The notes under the pieces are model-generated. The model ran no database searches. It was not told the DNA's origin and worked only from the letters and a program-made list of their open reading frames with translations. 64,000 bases of DNA from the human T2T-CHM13v2.0 reference genome, Homo sapiens, in the NCBI RefSeq assembly GCF_009914755.1, contig NC_060937.1; one strand, 5' to 3'. Below, in pieces: positions 39,115-53,400 of this stretch; position 1 is the stretch's first letter; the number at the start of each line of letters is the position of its first letter. The translations under genes were made by a program, and so were the position numbers.

Positions 39115-41401
39115 TGTGCACATGTGAGAATCTTTGAGCAAGAATAAGAATGTCATGACTATTGTCCAAAGACTTTTTGCGTTCTGGGGATTTAGCTATT
39201 TAATGATTCTGAGCAACCTCCTTCCCAATGAGGTCTAATTATCACCTCTTAACTATTTCAGCAATCATTTGGAATTGTAGGTAAAAAGTTGCTGAAGACA
39301 TTTTATGTCACAGAATTCACAAACTGAGGTGTGTGTTATTGACTATATTTCCACTGGCATTTGGAAAATACCCAATTATCAAAGCAGACAGTAGTCATGG
39401 ATAAGCAGATGTAGATAAGAGAGTATTTCTTTCCATGGTTCACACAATGTTATTGATTGATGTTGATTTGACTGTTTCTGCCTCATCAGAGGTTGGGGTG
39501 GAAGATATGATGGGATTGTGTTTGTGACCTATTTTCAGTCAAGATCTCAAACACTCAGGCATTCTAACTGCCTGCAGTTTATTTGCCTCATGAGGCATTC
39601 TTGCCTGAGACATAGAAATGATGATTTCTTTTTTTGGAGATTCCAGATATGGCTAATTCTAAAAAGAAAAGTAGTCAACATAAAAACTGAAATAGAGAAA
39701 AATAGCTATACCTGAACTTGAAAATTTCCTTCTGCTGACAAGCAATATAAAAAGGGAATCCTATGACCTTAACACAACTACTGAACTTTTCAAAAAAATG
39801 ATTCACTGAAAAATCACAGATTTTAGACACTAAAGAAGATAAATGATGAGTGAATGGCATCAGGTGTCCTTCAATATCCTCGGCAATACCCTGGATTTCC
39901 ATTTGCATTTCAGTATACTCAGCAGTGAGGTGAGCTATGCTAAGCGTTTATTGAATTTGTAGTTAAGGTGCTGGAGAAATAATCAGTATCTGCATGGCCT
40001 GCCTTCTGGGGCAACACTTGTTTACCAAACGTATTTTCTTGAACAATCTAATAGTGGAGTGGAATAGCTTTAAACAGAACATAAAGAATGAGGTAATTTA
40101 TTTCAGAATTTTCTCCACTGCTTTGTTTAGAATTGCTTTAATACATATCCCAAATTTTTACTCAACAATAAAGAAGCACTCTGGATGTCCTGATTTTCCA
40201 ATATTGCTGTTTAAAAATATCAAAATTGTAATGATAAAGTGGAAAGTAAATCTAATAGATACAATGAAAAATGACTGAGAGTAAAATCTCAGGTAATAAT
40301 TCACTCAAGAGGACCTGCTGATGTCAGAAATGTGGAGTAAAGCCTGAGTTATTTATATTTAGCAGAATTTGAAGAGTCAACAATCACAGCTTTCTAACTC
40401 AGGTGTATTGTCTTTTCTGTATCTATCTTGAAAATTGTCAACCAAAGAGAAAAAAAAATTACCAGTTAACAGAAAAAGCAAAAACCCCAAACCAGATTAT
40501 TCTTTGGAATCATTATTCTTTGCGAGGTTCTTATCCTTTGCACAAAACTGTTGTATTGTGTACTTTTAAGCTAAAATTAAAGCTACATAAATTCATTGTG
40601 CAAACAATCAAGTAGCTAAGAAAAGAAAATCAAGTAGCTAAGAAAACTTATAGAGGTTTCTGTAATCAGTTCTTATACCTTGTATTTTCTGTATCAGATA
40701 ATCCTCTTGAAATGATAAGAAGCTATATGTTACCTTTCATTATCAATTTTCTAAACTAAGGGAAACCTTATAAAATATTTGAGTTTCTTTTTTCCAGCCA
40801 TATGTACTGATGACACCACAACCTAGAGGTAACATGAATCAATTGTGCTTTAGATTGGAATGTAGATTCGGGCTAGAATGAGAACTTGAGTGAGAATAAG
40901 GTCTCCACCCCTAATCTGCACCTGATCTCCTGATCCTAGCTGCCTCAAGAGCTTCATCCTGCTCCCCTACATCACTGTGACTCCAATGCTTGATCACATG
41001 ATTTTTCATATCTACTATCTTCATGGTGGGTTAACCTCAGCCTGATTTGCTTTCTTTTTTTGATCTGAAGAAGTTGCTTCCTGTGCGTTTACTCTCTCTC
41101 CTGCTTCCCCCATCACCCACAAACAGCATTGATCACTGCCATCTAAGTCTCTACTAAGGAAAGGAAAATTTCTGGGAAATTTTCTGTAGTAGGAGCATGA
41201 GTAGTCTTCCTGCCTTACTCTTATTAATACAGAGAATGATATTATCAACAGCAACAAAATAACTCCTCCTATGCAAGTAGTCTAGCTCATTCTCTTATCT
41301 TATTTTCTATTCCATGTGCCATCCAATACAAGGCTTTCCAAATACAAAAAATCTCTTAAGAGTTTTCTTTTTACAAAATAAATGTAGACATCTTTCTACT
41401 T

Positions 41402-41500
41402 TCTCTCTCTCTCTCCCTATGTGTACGTGTGTGTGTGTATGTATACATACACACACATATAATACAAGTGTGTGTGTGTACATATATATATGTATATATA
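41402..41500. repeat. Compound (TC)n/(TG)n/(CA)n/(TA)n microsatellite
   Basis: Directly visible. Confidence 0.9.
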
Positions 41501-41690
41501 TTTCAGTGTAAAACAAGAGGACTGATTGATTCATAATACCTTCATATTGTGGTCTCATCAGTACTTGTGCTTGGGAAAAAAATCCTCAAATATTTTATGA
41601 AGTTTTCCTCAGTTTAGAGAAATCATAATGAAAGATAACAAAGTTTCCTAATTATCTGATTTAAAAATGATCAAGGCATATGCACACACA

Positions 41691-42101
41691 TAGTCATATG
41701 CCACTTAAAGACGGGAACACATTCTGAGATATAACCTCATTAGGTGATTTTTTCACTGTATGAACAACATATCATGTACTTACAGAAACCTAGATTGTAT
41801 ATCCTACTGCACATCCAGGATATATGGTATGGCCTATTGCTCCTAGACTATAGACCTATACAGCATGTTACCATACTGAATGCTGTAGGCAATTGTAACA
41901 CAATAGTGAGTATTTGTGTATCCAAGTATATTTAAACAGAAAAGGTTTATATTTAAGCATAAACATAGAAAACATAAACATTAAAACACATTTGTGTATC
42001 TAAGTATACTGAAACATAGAACAGTGACAATATAGTATAACAGGGTCACTACTGATAATGCAGCCCATCAATGACCAAGTGTGGTTACAGGGGCCATGAG
42101 G
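41691..42101 (+). mobile_element. Tigger3a (MER7A)-like TcMar-Tigger element
   Basis: 'gtacttacagaaacctagattgtatatcctac...ctattgctcctagact...tgtaggcaattgtaacacaat' matches Tigger3a; short internal duplication of 'atttgtgtatc.aagtata'. Confidence 0.85.
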
Positions 42102-42435
42102 CACACATGGACAAGCAGGATTCCCAGGGCAGATGTGCTCCCCATGGCCTTTGTTTGTTTGTTTCTTTGTTCTTTCTATGTCTCTTCATCTATTCCAGAA
42201 CAAATTCATTTTCTTAGCATAAGGAGCAGACTCTCAGTATTAGAGTCTCTTGGAGGTCTTAATAAAAATGAAAACTTCTTTACAACCATCCAAACTACTG
42301 AATCAGGATAGCTAGAAGTGGCACCTTAAGGAAGCACCTAAATAAATATTTTTAATGATAAACTTGAGACAAATTAACTGAGAAGGCCAGGTTTTTGGCT
42401 TTATTGACTTTTTCACACTCATTCCTGATTCATTG

Positions 42436-42556
42436 TGTGTGTGTATATGTATGTGTGTATCTATATATAATATATATATAATATACATGTATATGAATAT
42501 ATAATATATATACCAAAAATAATTGTACCGGTTTCAAGTGTGAATGTGTGTGTGTA

Positions 42557-42592
<36 letters not shown>
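42436..42592. repeat. (TG)n/(TA)n microsatellites
   Basis: Directly visible. Confidence 0.85.
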
Positions 42593-42593
<1 letters not shown>

Positions 42594-43201
42594 CTCCAAT
42601 ATATATCCATTATCTAATAGATTCCATTATCTAATGGATTCTTCCCTACACCCACAGAAAAACCATAGAAGTGCATGCAAATTACAGTTACCAAAAAAAG
42701 TACTTAATGTTGCATGACATGAGTTGCAGTGGCAGAATAATCACTTACCACAATAATTGTATATATTCCCATTATTGATATATTTCCATTATTATATGTT
42801 GCTCTATAAACACTGTAAGACATTTTAATATCACAAGTGTGATGGTCATACAATGTTTATACATATTATTAAATATGTATTATAGTATTTTGAGTCAAAA
42901 ATAAATAAAATGCAAATAAAACACAAGTACTGTGTTATAGAATAGGTAATACATGAATACATGAACATATTTAAAGTTACATTATTTTGCAAGGTATTCA
43001 CCAATGCTGGATGATTTGTAAAGTGAATATGTCATTGGAAAACAACATAAATCATTGCTTCTTAGAGTCTTGTATTCAAAGAAATGTCTAAAATGTGTTT
43101 TTATTAGCAACTTAAGTCAATTTCCTTTTCTAATTAAAAAATAACTGATAAAATTATGATATAATTATTGTATCACCCGAAAGTTACAAATCACTCAATG
43201 C

Positions 43202-43492
43202 TTTTTTTTTTTTGAGACGGAGTCTCGCTCTTGTAGCCAAGGCTGGAGTGCAACGGTGTGATCTCAGCTCGCTGCAACCTCTGCCCCTGGGTTCAAGTGA
43301 TTCTGCTGCCTCAGACTCCCGAGTAGCTGGGATTACAGCTGCCACCCCGCCCAGCTAATTTTTTGAATTTTTAATGGAGACGGTGTTTCACCATTTTGGC
43401 CAGGATGGTTTCAAACTCCTGACCTCAGGTGATGTGCCTGACTTGGCCTCCTAAAGTGCTGGAATTACAAGCATGAGCCACCGCGCCCGGCC
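43202..43492 (-). mobile_element. AluS (Sq/Sp-like)
   Basis: Poly(T), then 'gagacggagtctcgctcttg' ... 'gagccaccgcgcccggcc'. Confidence 0.93.
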
Positions 43493-44253
43493 CATGCTAT
43501 GTTCTTTAATGTTAAAAAATCTCCCAATTCCTTGGGAAAGTTCACTTAAATATTTTAGTAGCTACACATGATAATATTAATATTACATTAACATATGATA
43601 AGCTACAGGGCTGGGCTCATTAGAATGATCTTAATAATGATTTCTTCCTACATTAGAACTGGAATATAGAGAATGGAATCTGAATGGTAAGTATTGTGAT
43701 AAATATTGTGTGTTTCAGTTAGAGAATTCATTTAAAAAACGAGAATCGTTCTTGAAGCGTCTTTAGCCAGGAACAATATCCAAAACATGATGCAAGCTGA
43801 TTGGATAAACTACTGCTTCACTGAGTCTATTCAGTTCATGGAATCTATTCAGTATACAAGGTAGATTTATTATTTTTATAATAAATAATATGTTGATTGT
43901 AGTGACATCAATAAATTATATTATGCAGTCAGTATCTTTTCACCTGTATAATTCAAGTTTAGGCATTTTCTATTTTTCACCTCTTCCATTTTTAAGGCAT
44001 TTGTACATATTTAATAACATTCTCAACGTGCCATTCCAACACTAAATAACCACCACAATCTATTGGAATCAAAGATGCTGGACCATTGGCATTTCTGGGG
44101 GTATGTTTTATTTAGCATTAATGTGTTGAGTAATAAACCATCAGGATTTCTTTCATAAAAGGCCATAAGACCACCAGTGAAGTTTTGGAGTGTTGTTTGT
44201 TTCTCCTGTGTAAACACGGGTCTGCTATCTATGACTTGTCTAACTCATGAGGA

Positions 44254-44424
44254 CAGGACTGGCTTCGTGGGAGTGTAATCTGAGCAGTCCTACAGCCTTG
44301 TGCTCAGAAGGATCCTATGTTTATTATAGGGTTCTGTTATTGCCTTCTTAAATTCTTAGCTTTCCAACAGAGTGCCTTGCATTTTACTTTGTATTGGTCC
44401 CTGCAAATTATGTAGACAGTACTG
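44254..44424 (+). mobile_element. MER91A-like hAT MITE
   Basis: Termini 'caggactggcttc' ... 'aaattatgtagacagtactg'; internal 'gtgctcagaagg' and 'aaattctta'. Confidence 0.7.
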
Positions 44425-45304
44425 GGTGTGTTCATCTTAAAGATTGAAGAAAATAATAAAATGTAGGATAAAGCCCTAGAAAATCTTTTCTTATATTATC
44501 CTCATAAAAGCACTTGTTGAAATACCTAAACATAAGGAATAGGCAAATTAGTCATCATTGAGCCATATGTCTTCATGTTAAAGAAAATCACATCCATTTC
44601 AAAGTTGTTCTGTTCCTTCAATTGACAGCTATTAGCAGTAAGCAGTTTTAGTTGCAAAAAGCAATCACAATAGATAGCTTTAGCAGAAAAGATATTTCTT
44701 TTTCTCAACCCATTTTCAATGTGACAATTATGGCCTAATCCTATAAAGCACCCATTGTATATAATGAGTGAACTTCCTTCCCATGCATGTAGAATGGTAC
44801 TATTATCTATTATCCTTGGGAGAATTGAGAAAATAATCCTTCATAACAGTTTTGCGTTGTGTGGTTCAGTTGAGGAACTCTGTTAAGATAGTGCTCAAAG
44901 TGTCCAGAGTCAGGAGAAACGTGAGGCAAGATGCCTCCACAATAACTACTTGGCTGCTACAGACACTGCAGCTTGCATCACAGTTGCCCCAAGTACCAGG
45001 CACCATCACTGTTCCCTAAGTGGGAACCCTCCCTCATCACCCTTGATGGAAAGTGCATTCCACAAAAAGACTGCTTTCCAGACTTCTCCTGCTCAGAACC
45101 CCAGTCCTGTGCTTGGTCCTCTTACTAGTGCAGCCCAGGTCATAGGCACATGGCCATGTTTCAAGAGAAGCCAGAAAATCAAGTTTATGGCTTCTACATT
45201 AGGGAGAAAAGAGCCATAAAGTAGGAAATGCTGAGCTGTGATGATGTGATATTTCATAGGATGATCATGAAAAATGTCCAGTAGAGAGGCAATCCCTTCT
45301 AATC

Positions 45305-45526
45305 CAGTGGTTCTTACCTGAGGGTGATTTTGTCCCAGGAAACATTTGGCAATACCTGAGGACATGTTTGGCTGTCACAACCCTGGGTGGGAGACAGGGA
45401 TGAAGTGCTGGTATCTAGTGTACAGAGCCCACAGATGCTGCTAAGTATCCTACAGGACACAGGACAATCCTTCACAACAAAGTATCCAGCCCCAAATGTC
45501 AACAGTGCCATTGTTAAGAAACCCTC
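45305..45526 (+). mobile_element. MER20 hAT-Charlie MITE
   Basis: 'cagtggttct...ggtgattttgtccc...acatttggcaat...gatgctgctaagtatcctaca...ccccaaatgtcaacagtgcc...aagaaaccct', about 220 bp. Confidence 0.9.
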
Positions 45527-45727
45527 AATCTGTGTGTCTCCAGTACCAACCACAGAAGCTCACACATGGCAGCAAGTACAGGTGAAACTGGGGAATCTGT
45601 ATTGCTTTCAGTGCTTTGAGTGATACTGAAATATCTAAGATTTGCATTCTAGATAGAGCTTCTTAGTGTAGGAAACACGAGTGTTTTTCAATCTAGAATA
45701 ATAAATATAAGATATTAAGACTTTACT

Positions 45728-46050
<323 letters not shown>

Positions 46051-46189
46051 GACTTTACTGAACTGTAAATTCTTTATCTGCTTACTTTTTTTTTTCTTTT
46101 GTCAATAACTGATCTGTATCTCCTAGAATAACAGTTTGCATCTAGGAGCTCTTAAATGATATTTGTTTCTTGAAGGAGGAAGCTATGTT

Positions 46190-46370
46190 GCCTAACTACT
46201 ATATGACAGACATTGTGCTGAGTGCTTTTACATCATAATTTGAGTAAACTCACAACAAAATTCTACTACAGAATTTACCATTCCTGTTTTTTAAATGAGA
46301 AAACATGAAGTGACAAATAATTATATAAATTAGTCATGTTTACCATAGAGTAGGCATTTAAATTAGATCT
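46190..46370 (-). mobile_element. MIR fragment
   Basis: 'actactatatgacagacattgtgctgagtgcttttaca...ttttttaaatgagaaaacatgaag'. Confidence 0.6.
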
Positions 46371-46499
46371 TGTAGAATTCCCAATTTTCCCCCATTTATT
46401 TATTCATTCATTTTTTTCAGTGATTCAATAAATATAAATAGTTAACAAGAAGATAAAAGCAGTCCGATTGTTCCACAAAACTAATGTTTATAATTTCTT

Positions 46500-46940
46500 T
46501 AGAATAAACATAGAAACTGACCCTCTCAGCCTTGAAACTTGAAAAAAGTTACATTTGTCTTATCTGAGTTCCTTTGTCAGAAAACCAACCATCAGCCCTC
46601 CCAGGTAGTATCAAGGAGCTGGAAGGTACCAGATCACTGCATCTGGACAGTGAGACACCAGGCCTCTCATCCATCATGATTGCCTGATGGACCTGCTTTC
46701 TGTTGACCAAGTCCTCTTCCTTACCACTCCCTAATTCCGTTTCCTACACATGGTTACATTTCTTCCATGCTTTATAAACCCCTAACTTTAGTCAGTCAGG
46801 GAGATGTATGTGAGTCTGATCTCCCATCTCTTTAGCTGCAGCTCCCAATTAAAATCTTCTTCTCTGGTAATAGTCATTGTCGTAGTGATTCTGCATAGTG
46901 AGCAGTGGGACCTGGACCAAATGCTGGTGTTATGGTAACA
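46500..46940 (+). mobile_element. MER39/MER39B-like ERV1 LTR (5' part missing)
   Basis: 'aagttacatttgtcttatctgagttcc...accagatcactgcatctggac...tataaacccctaa...ggtaaca' end. Confidence 0.85.
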
Positions 46941-48190
46941 AAGACAATTACTGCCTTCAAGTTGCTTGGGGATCTCATTGAAAAGATAGAAAAATAGGCC
47001 CTTTTCAGTGTATTATGAAACAATAATGCCATCACAGAGTGTAAGGGGTCTTTATAGAAATTGAAATGAACCCCACACCGAGCAGCCGGGGAGGATTAAC
47101 AAAAGCCAAGCTGGAGAAGAAGCTGTTGTCTGCTCTGAGATTCAGCATAAGAAGAGAGCCAGCCAGCAGGGACACAAAGGGAGGTCACTGCATGTCTGGT
47201 GCAAAGTGATCACTTTTAAAAGATTGTATTTGTTCATTTGGGGTAATCCTTTTAAGCATCAAATGTCATGTAGGTAAAAATAAATCAGGCAGTTTAAAAA
47301 AGGGTGGAATAAAGCAACCCCAAATTCATGTAAGAGATACTGGTTATTAAAATTCAACAAGTGGCAGTGAGGCAGGAGAATAGGGTTTGGAGGCAGGGAA
47401 CCTGAGGCTGATTCATGCTGAATTTCTAGAACTGAATCAATAGGGAAAACCCACCTCTCCACATCAAAGTAACAAAAAAATCAGAGGCCACTCCTTTTGC
47501 ACTGCGTAGCAGATGAAAAATGGACAATACCTCTGATTAGTCCTCTCCTGCAACTAATCAGAATGGTCGTGGACCAAGTCTTCGTGTGTAACTTCGTGAC
47601 TTCACTTTAGCTTCTGATTGGTCTTCTCTGGCAACCAATCAGATTGGTTGCAGGCCTAGTCTTCATCTGCATAGGGGGTAACTTTCTAACTTCAGCCTCT
47701 GATTGGCCCTCTCACAACCAATCACACCAGTCACAGGCCTAGTCTTCATTTACTTAGGGTGTAACCAAGTAACCAATGGGAAACCCCTAGAAGATATTTA
47801 AACCCCAGAAAATTCTGTAACCAGTGCTCTTGAACTGTTTGCTCCAGCCTACTCCCATTCTGTGGAGTGTACTTTTATTACAATAAATCTATGCTTTCAT
47901 TGTTTCATTCTTTCATTGCTTTGTTTGTGTGTTTTGTCCAATTCTTTGTTGAAAACACCAAGAACCTGGATGATGCATGGTCAAGACCCTCCACCAGTGA
48001 CAGCAGGATTTGCTGACTGAATATGAGGGAAACAGAGAAGGCGGTAGACTAAGATGGGGCCTATGCTTTCAGTTGTTCACCATGATAGATAGTGATACAA
48101 ATTAGTGCAAGGAGGATCACCTGGGATACAGTTTAAGAGAGGATGATGAGTTTGGTTTTCAAAGTATTGTGTGGCTATTAGGTGGATACA
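46941..48190 (-). mobile_element. L2 relic interrupted by the MER51 LTR
   Basis: L2-like antisense text on both sides of MER51 ('aagacaattactgccttcaagttgctt', 'gatgatgagtttggttttc'). Confidence 0.5.
47368..48002 (+). mobile_element. MER51-like ERV1 solo LTR
   Basis: Start 'tgaggcaggagaatagggtttggaggcagggaacct', TG...CA termini, 4-bp TSD GCAG (47364-47367 / 48003-48006), repeated CCAAT boxes, AATAAA at about 47882. Confidence 0.9.
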
Positions 48191-48229
48191 ACCCCCTTGG
48201 GGCTTACTCTTGGATTTATTTCCCTTCTT

Positions 48230-49100
48230 GTTGGAGTATTAGTTCTCCAATTTTTATTCCAAATGTAGTCTTTATGTTTAAAAGTCTGATTATTCTATGC
48301 TGAAACAGATCTTTATTTTACCTTTTCCTTTAAATATAAATTTAGCTGGTTATAAAACGTTGAGCTCCACATTCTTTCTCTTCAGTATTTGGGGCTCTCT
48401 TCATCTTGCATATGGTGTTGCTGTTGATAGGACCGATGTCCATTTGATTCCTAGATTTTGGTATACAATCTGCTATTTCACTCTGGAAGATTCATTTCTT
48501 GGCTTCTGATATTTTAAAAATTTATTTAAATGTGTGAGGTGTGTTTTTGCTTGGCGTTTTATATGTAGCGCTATGGGCCCATTCAATGTGACTTTTTAAT
48601 TGGTTACTTACATACTAAAAATGTTTCACTTGATTTTTCATATCTGTGTTCTTCTAAGGCTTTTATGTTCTTAACTTTTGAGATTTCTATTTTGCAGATG
48701 TCAAGATATCTTCTTTAGATTTTAAACTCATTATCCATGTATCTGGTAGGCTCTTTAGTCTACCCCCCCCCCATTTTTTTGCCTTATTAATTCAAATCCT
48801 TGGCCTAATTTTGTTATTTATCCCATCTATTGAGTTTTTTATTTGAAGTTACATATGTATCATTCCCTTTTGTTGGTTCTTCAAGAATACTTATTGTTTC
48901 ACATTGTCAATCTCAATCTCTATTTATTCAAATATATTGTTGGGTTTTACTACTTAATTTGTAATTTATCATGTCCATTAGTTATGCTTTCTCTCCTATA
49001 GGTTGTCTATTTTGGGTTTCTCTTTTATGTTGCATATATGCCATAGATGCCTCATACATTTTTCTTTTAAGGTCATATTCTTTTGAAGTATCTACTGCTA
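48230..49100 (-). mobile_element. Ancient L1 (L1M/HAL1-like) relic
   Basis: T-rich antisense L1-like text, e.g. 'tttagctggttataaaa' and 'gttgctgttgataggaccgatgtccatttgatt'. Confidence 0.5.
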
Positions 49101-52100
49101 TTTATGCTGTTGGGCACACACAGGGGTGATCAAAATCAGGATCCAGTTACAGACTGGCCAGAATGGAAGTGTAGAAATGTCCATTGTGAAAGAAAGCTTC
49201 TGGTGTGACATTTAAGGGCTTGGCTATTTTGTATCCTGTCTCCCCACAAAGATACATATGGGTTTCCTGTGTCCCTCAGGATCCTACTGTCTAATCTCCA
49301 TCCTGAGCTTTCTAAAGAAAAGGCTCCTGCAATTTAGGAAAGAAGGATGGTGGATGTTGTCTTTTTTTTCCATTCATTCCCTATCCAAATGGGGTTTCCA
49401 GACTGACTTATTATGCTGTCACTTGTGCCACTATCTCTGGGCTGTTATATTCCTACCTCATGAACGTGACTTCCGCTCCGGTCAATGTGGAGAGAGAACA
49501 CAGGACTGTTTGTGTCTGTGAACCCTCTTGCAATCAATTGCTCATACCCATTCCTCCTAAGTATTAACTCTCCTGCCCACTCCTCACCACACATGCCCAT
49601 TGCACGCTTCGGACCCCTTTCACTTTTGGTTTCTAATGGCTTTTTCATAGGAAGTGATGAGAGGTTGTGAGACCTACCCACACACCTTCTCTTTTATATG
49701 ACCTTTCCAGAGACAATTCAAGCAGCCATTGTTGGTTTGCTATCTTCTCCAGAACCGGAAACCTCAGTTTATCAGTCTGAGTATCTGCTTTCTTACAATG
49801 CTGGCCTCACTTTGTGGTCTTCTGATATTTCAAGAAACACTTCTAAAATAAGAATACTTAAGTGTTTCTATTGGTAAATGCTATTCTACTTTAGAAATCT
49901 GACAATTACATGTGACCATTACACATGAAGTTCTTTGAGCCAAGAAAGAACCACTCTATTGTTTTACCTTAAAGGAATAAAAAACCTATACAAATCATTT
50001 TGCTTATATTATTTACAAAAATGTTGCACTTGGTATGAACTTCTCAGACTACCAGGATCATTCACTGTTACATGCATAGCATTTAGCTCAGTAAGATGTG
50101 ATATAAGATGCATGTTCAAATAATGCCCATTCTCTTAAACTGCTGGAAAATAAAGAAGCACCACGCTTGATGTCATATAGAGTTAGGTGTAAATCCCTGC
50201 TGAAAAGTTAAACCAGATGTTTGCTCTTGCAAAATTTATTTTTTTAAGACAAAAGGGTAATACTGCCTGTCTTGAAATATTGAAAAATAAAATGCACTAA
50301 TAAATGGAAAGTACTTAGAAAGAACAGTGTTTGGCACTTAATAAAATTTCAATATATCCTATTAAGTCTTTTCTATAATAATATTAATTTTATTTAGATA
50401 CATGTAACTTTTTCAAATCTGATTCTCCACATACTCAGTAAATGTCTGAGCTGGCTTACATAATTCTAGGATCATCTAATTGATCCTGAGTACCGCTGTT
50501 AGATTACTTTTTCTTGAAACCACTTTGATCACTTCAGGTTCCAATTCAAAACCTTTGATGGTATCATTTCCTATCATAACTAATCACAGTTTATCTGCTT
50601 GGCTTTCATAACTTGGTTTGACCCTGTGTATTGGTACTAGTTAAGATTCCTTGGTTATAAAACCATGAAACAAGAAGATTCAAGTAAAGTGCAAGAGAAA
50701 CAACTGTTTCCTACTGAAATACCACTTATGATGAATAGAAGATCTTGACACCATACCCAGTAAGAATGGAGCTGGTACACAGCTGGAGAACAAACCCCTT
50801 CTTAGGATTCAGGAGTGACATGCCCTCTTCTTTAGAAATCTTTCTGCTTGACAATGGCAATACATAGCCACCAGCTTCAAGTAATTTTTATTCTGCAGAG
50901 CCAATGATTCCCCACATCAAGCTAGAGCTTCTGCATCTTCAGAGATGCTAACCAGATTTGGACTTAACATCTCTGTACTAGTCTCTTAGAGAAGTAGCAG
51001 AGTTGGGAGACGGCAGGTGAGTTGGTGAGGTTAATTTCCATGGAACGGTTGCTAATAGAACCTCTACAAATGAGTATCCAATATAGTCTAAATAGAGCAT
51101 CCAATATGATTTTCCAGGACACACTCTCTTTTCAGGGGTGTCTCCCTTGTAATCAGAAACAAAACATGCTCAATCCTTCCTCATTGTATTTGCTCCTGAT
51201 GCTAAATCTTAACAAACAAATCACATCTTTGGCTTCTCCTTTACTTCTACAAGCTGGCAAGTGTCTTCTAAATGGTTAACATGGCATGTATGTATACTTG
51301 AATAAGTGAGGAGATGAGTGAATAAATAACACCTTCCAGGATTAGTCCACTTTTTATTGATTTTCTATTCTGCAGTTTCATAAATGTTTCTGTCTGCTCC
51401 ATAAAACTTAGCACATAATGGTATGGTGAACAAAAATGAGTTTCTTAAAGTGATTCTGTCATGTCTTCCCTGTTGTTTGATGTGTTTAATTTGAACTTCT
51501 GTAGGTTTTACATATTTTAGGGCATCCCTACACTTCTATCTTATGTCCTTAAAACCTATCATAGCACTAAGATTGTGGTTTAGATAAAATAAACACTTGT
51601 TGGGCTAGGCCAACACTTCTTCAAAACAAGATCAAGCAAATTTAAAAAAAAAAAAACTTGGTTTGTTTTTACATTTCTTATAGGAATAGTGATATGAAGA
51701 ACATTATGAAATTATATTTAATTTTTTCTAAGTTACTCATAGCAATAATTGCTCACTATTGACAAACATACTACAGCTCAGTAATACCATTTTTATTTGA
51801 TTTTGTGATTTTCTTTTTAAATTTCCTTAATAAATTAAAATTAATTAATGATCATATGCAACGATAAGATAATTACCTAGATTACAATTTCAGTTTTAGT
51901 TAACATGAGAATGTGAAAGTAGGAATTGAGTGAGCTCCATTTGATGGATGAACATCAGGACATTTGTTAATAGGCATCATAGACTTAAACTGCATTATGG
52001 GCACAGCTGATGATGAACAAAGAGTTCTAACTGCTCTTGTCTTAAAATATCATAAATGTAATTGAAGATAAGGTTTTAAGGCATATATTCATAGTCTATA

Positions 52101-52109
52101 ATGAGAAGA

Positions 52110-52320
52110 ACAACAGCTATTTTTATTGAGCAATTACTATTTGTCAGGCATTGCACTACTTACTTTACATAGATTATAGATTTTATTATCATAACCAGGT
52201 AAGGGTTTACTAATATTGTGTCCCCAAGAAATTGAGGCTGAAGTAGTTGGAGTAATTTGCCCAAGGACACAGCCAATCAGTGGCAGAGCTGTCATTCAAG
52301 ACACTCTGACTTCATAATCC
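52110..52320 (-). mobile_element. MIR
   Basis: 'tttattgagcaattactatttgtcaggcattg...gaaattgaggct...taatttgcccaaggacacagcc...gtggcagagc'. Confidence 0.8.
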
Positions 52321-53237
52321 CTATTGCCTTAAAGCAAAGCAAATAATTGAAGATAACTGATGATACCAAGCAGCATTGTGTAGAGCTTAGTTGATTTTGA
52401 GTATATTCACCTTTCAGAATATAAAAATGAACATACAATCATTATGTTGAATTCTTTTTTACTATTATTTATTGATATTAAAGCAAAAATAATTTCTTTG
52501 AGAAATATGAAATGTGGGAAGAACAATTTTAAAGAAAGTTATATCTCTCTATATTCTTTTATTGTTCAGTATTTAAGATTAAACTTGTGGTTTATAGGGA
52601 CAGAGGCTCTGAATCTGTAATGTATTTATTATATAATAAAATTTTTCTGTAATTTTAGGGGAATTTATTAATGCAAAAAAATTTTGAATTATAATCTCAA
52701 ATAATTGCAGTGTGCAACATCAGAGGTGACTCACAGCTTTTGCTGATCTCTATGAAGTGTAGAATTCCTTGCCATGCTAAGGAGGATGTATGCTATTATG
52801 CTGTCTTACGTTTCTTCTTTTTCTTCTAATTACTAATGAAGTTAGAAAGACCAGTTTGGCACGCTGAAAATATTTCTTAATTCATCTTGTTATCCTCTGG
52901 TTAGTATAGCATTTCCAGTTTGACTTTATTGCTAACTCCAAATTTTATCTATCTCTGCTTGGAGTAAGAAGGAAGAAGAGTTGTCTATGGCTTCTCTGAG
53001 TGCTTTGTTCAAAGCAGAAAGATCCAGAAAAAAAAAGAGAAGCAAAACACATGTTCATCACTTTGTTCTCCTGATTTCCCACCTCTACGATTCCAAACTT
53101 AGTCAAGCATGCTTACGTAGATGTAGATATGAAAAGCTTTGCCATACATTTGATTTTAAATCAGACAATAAAGGAAAGCATGTTAAATGACACAGATTTA
53201 TCGGACAATGTGTAAACTTAATGCGATATTTTCCAGA

Positions 53238-53400
53238 TAGTACTTCTCGACAATTAATGTGCATACCAATCACCTGGGTTTTGTTACAAAAAATTCTGAA
53301 TCAGTAGGACTGCCATGGAGCCTGAGATCCCACATTTCAAATAAACCTCCAATAGATGCAGTCCCTGTCTCATTCAGGTCCATTCTTTGAGCAGAAAGGG
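53238..53400 (+). mobile_element. MER5A-like hAT-Charlie MITE
   Basis: 'aatcacctggg...attctgaatcagtagg...gagcctgagatcc...ctttgag'. Confidence 0.65.
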
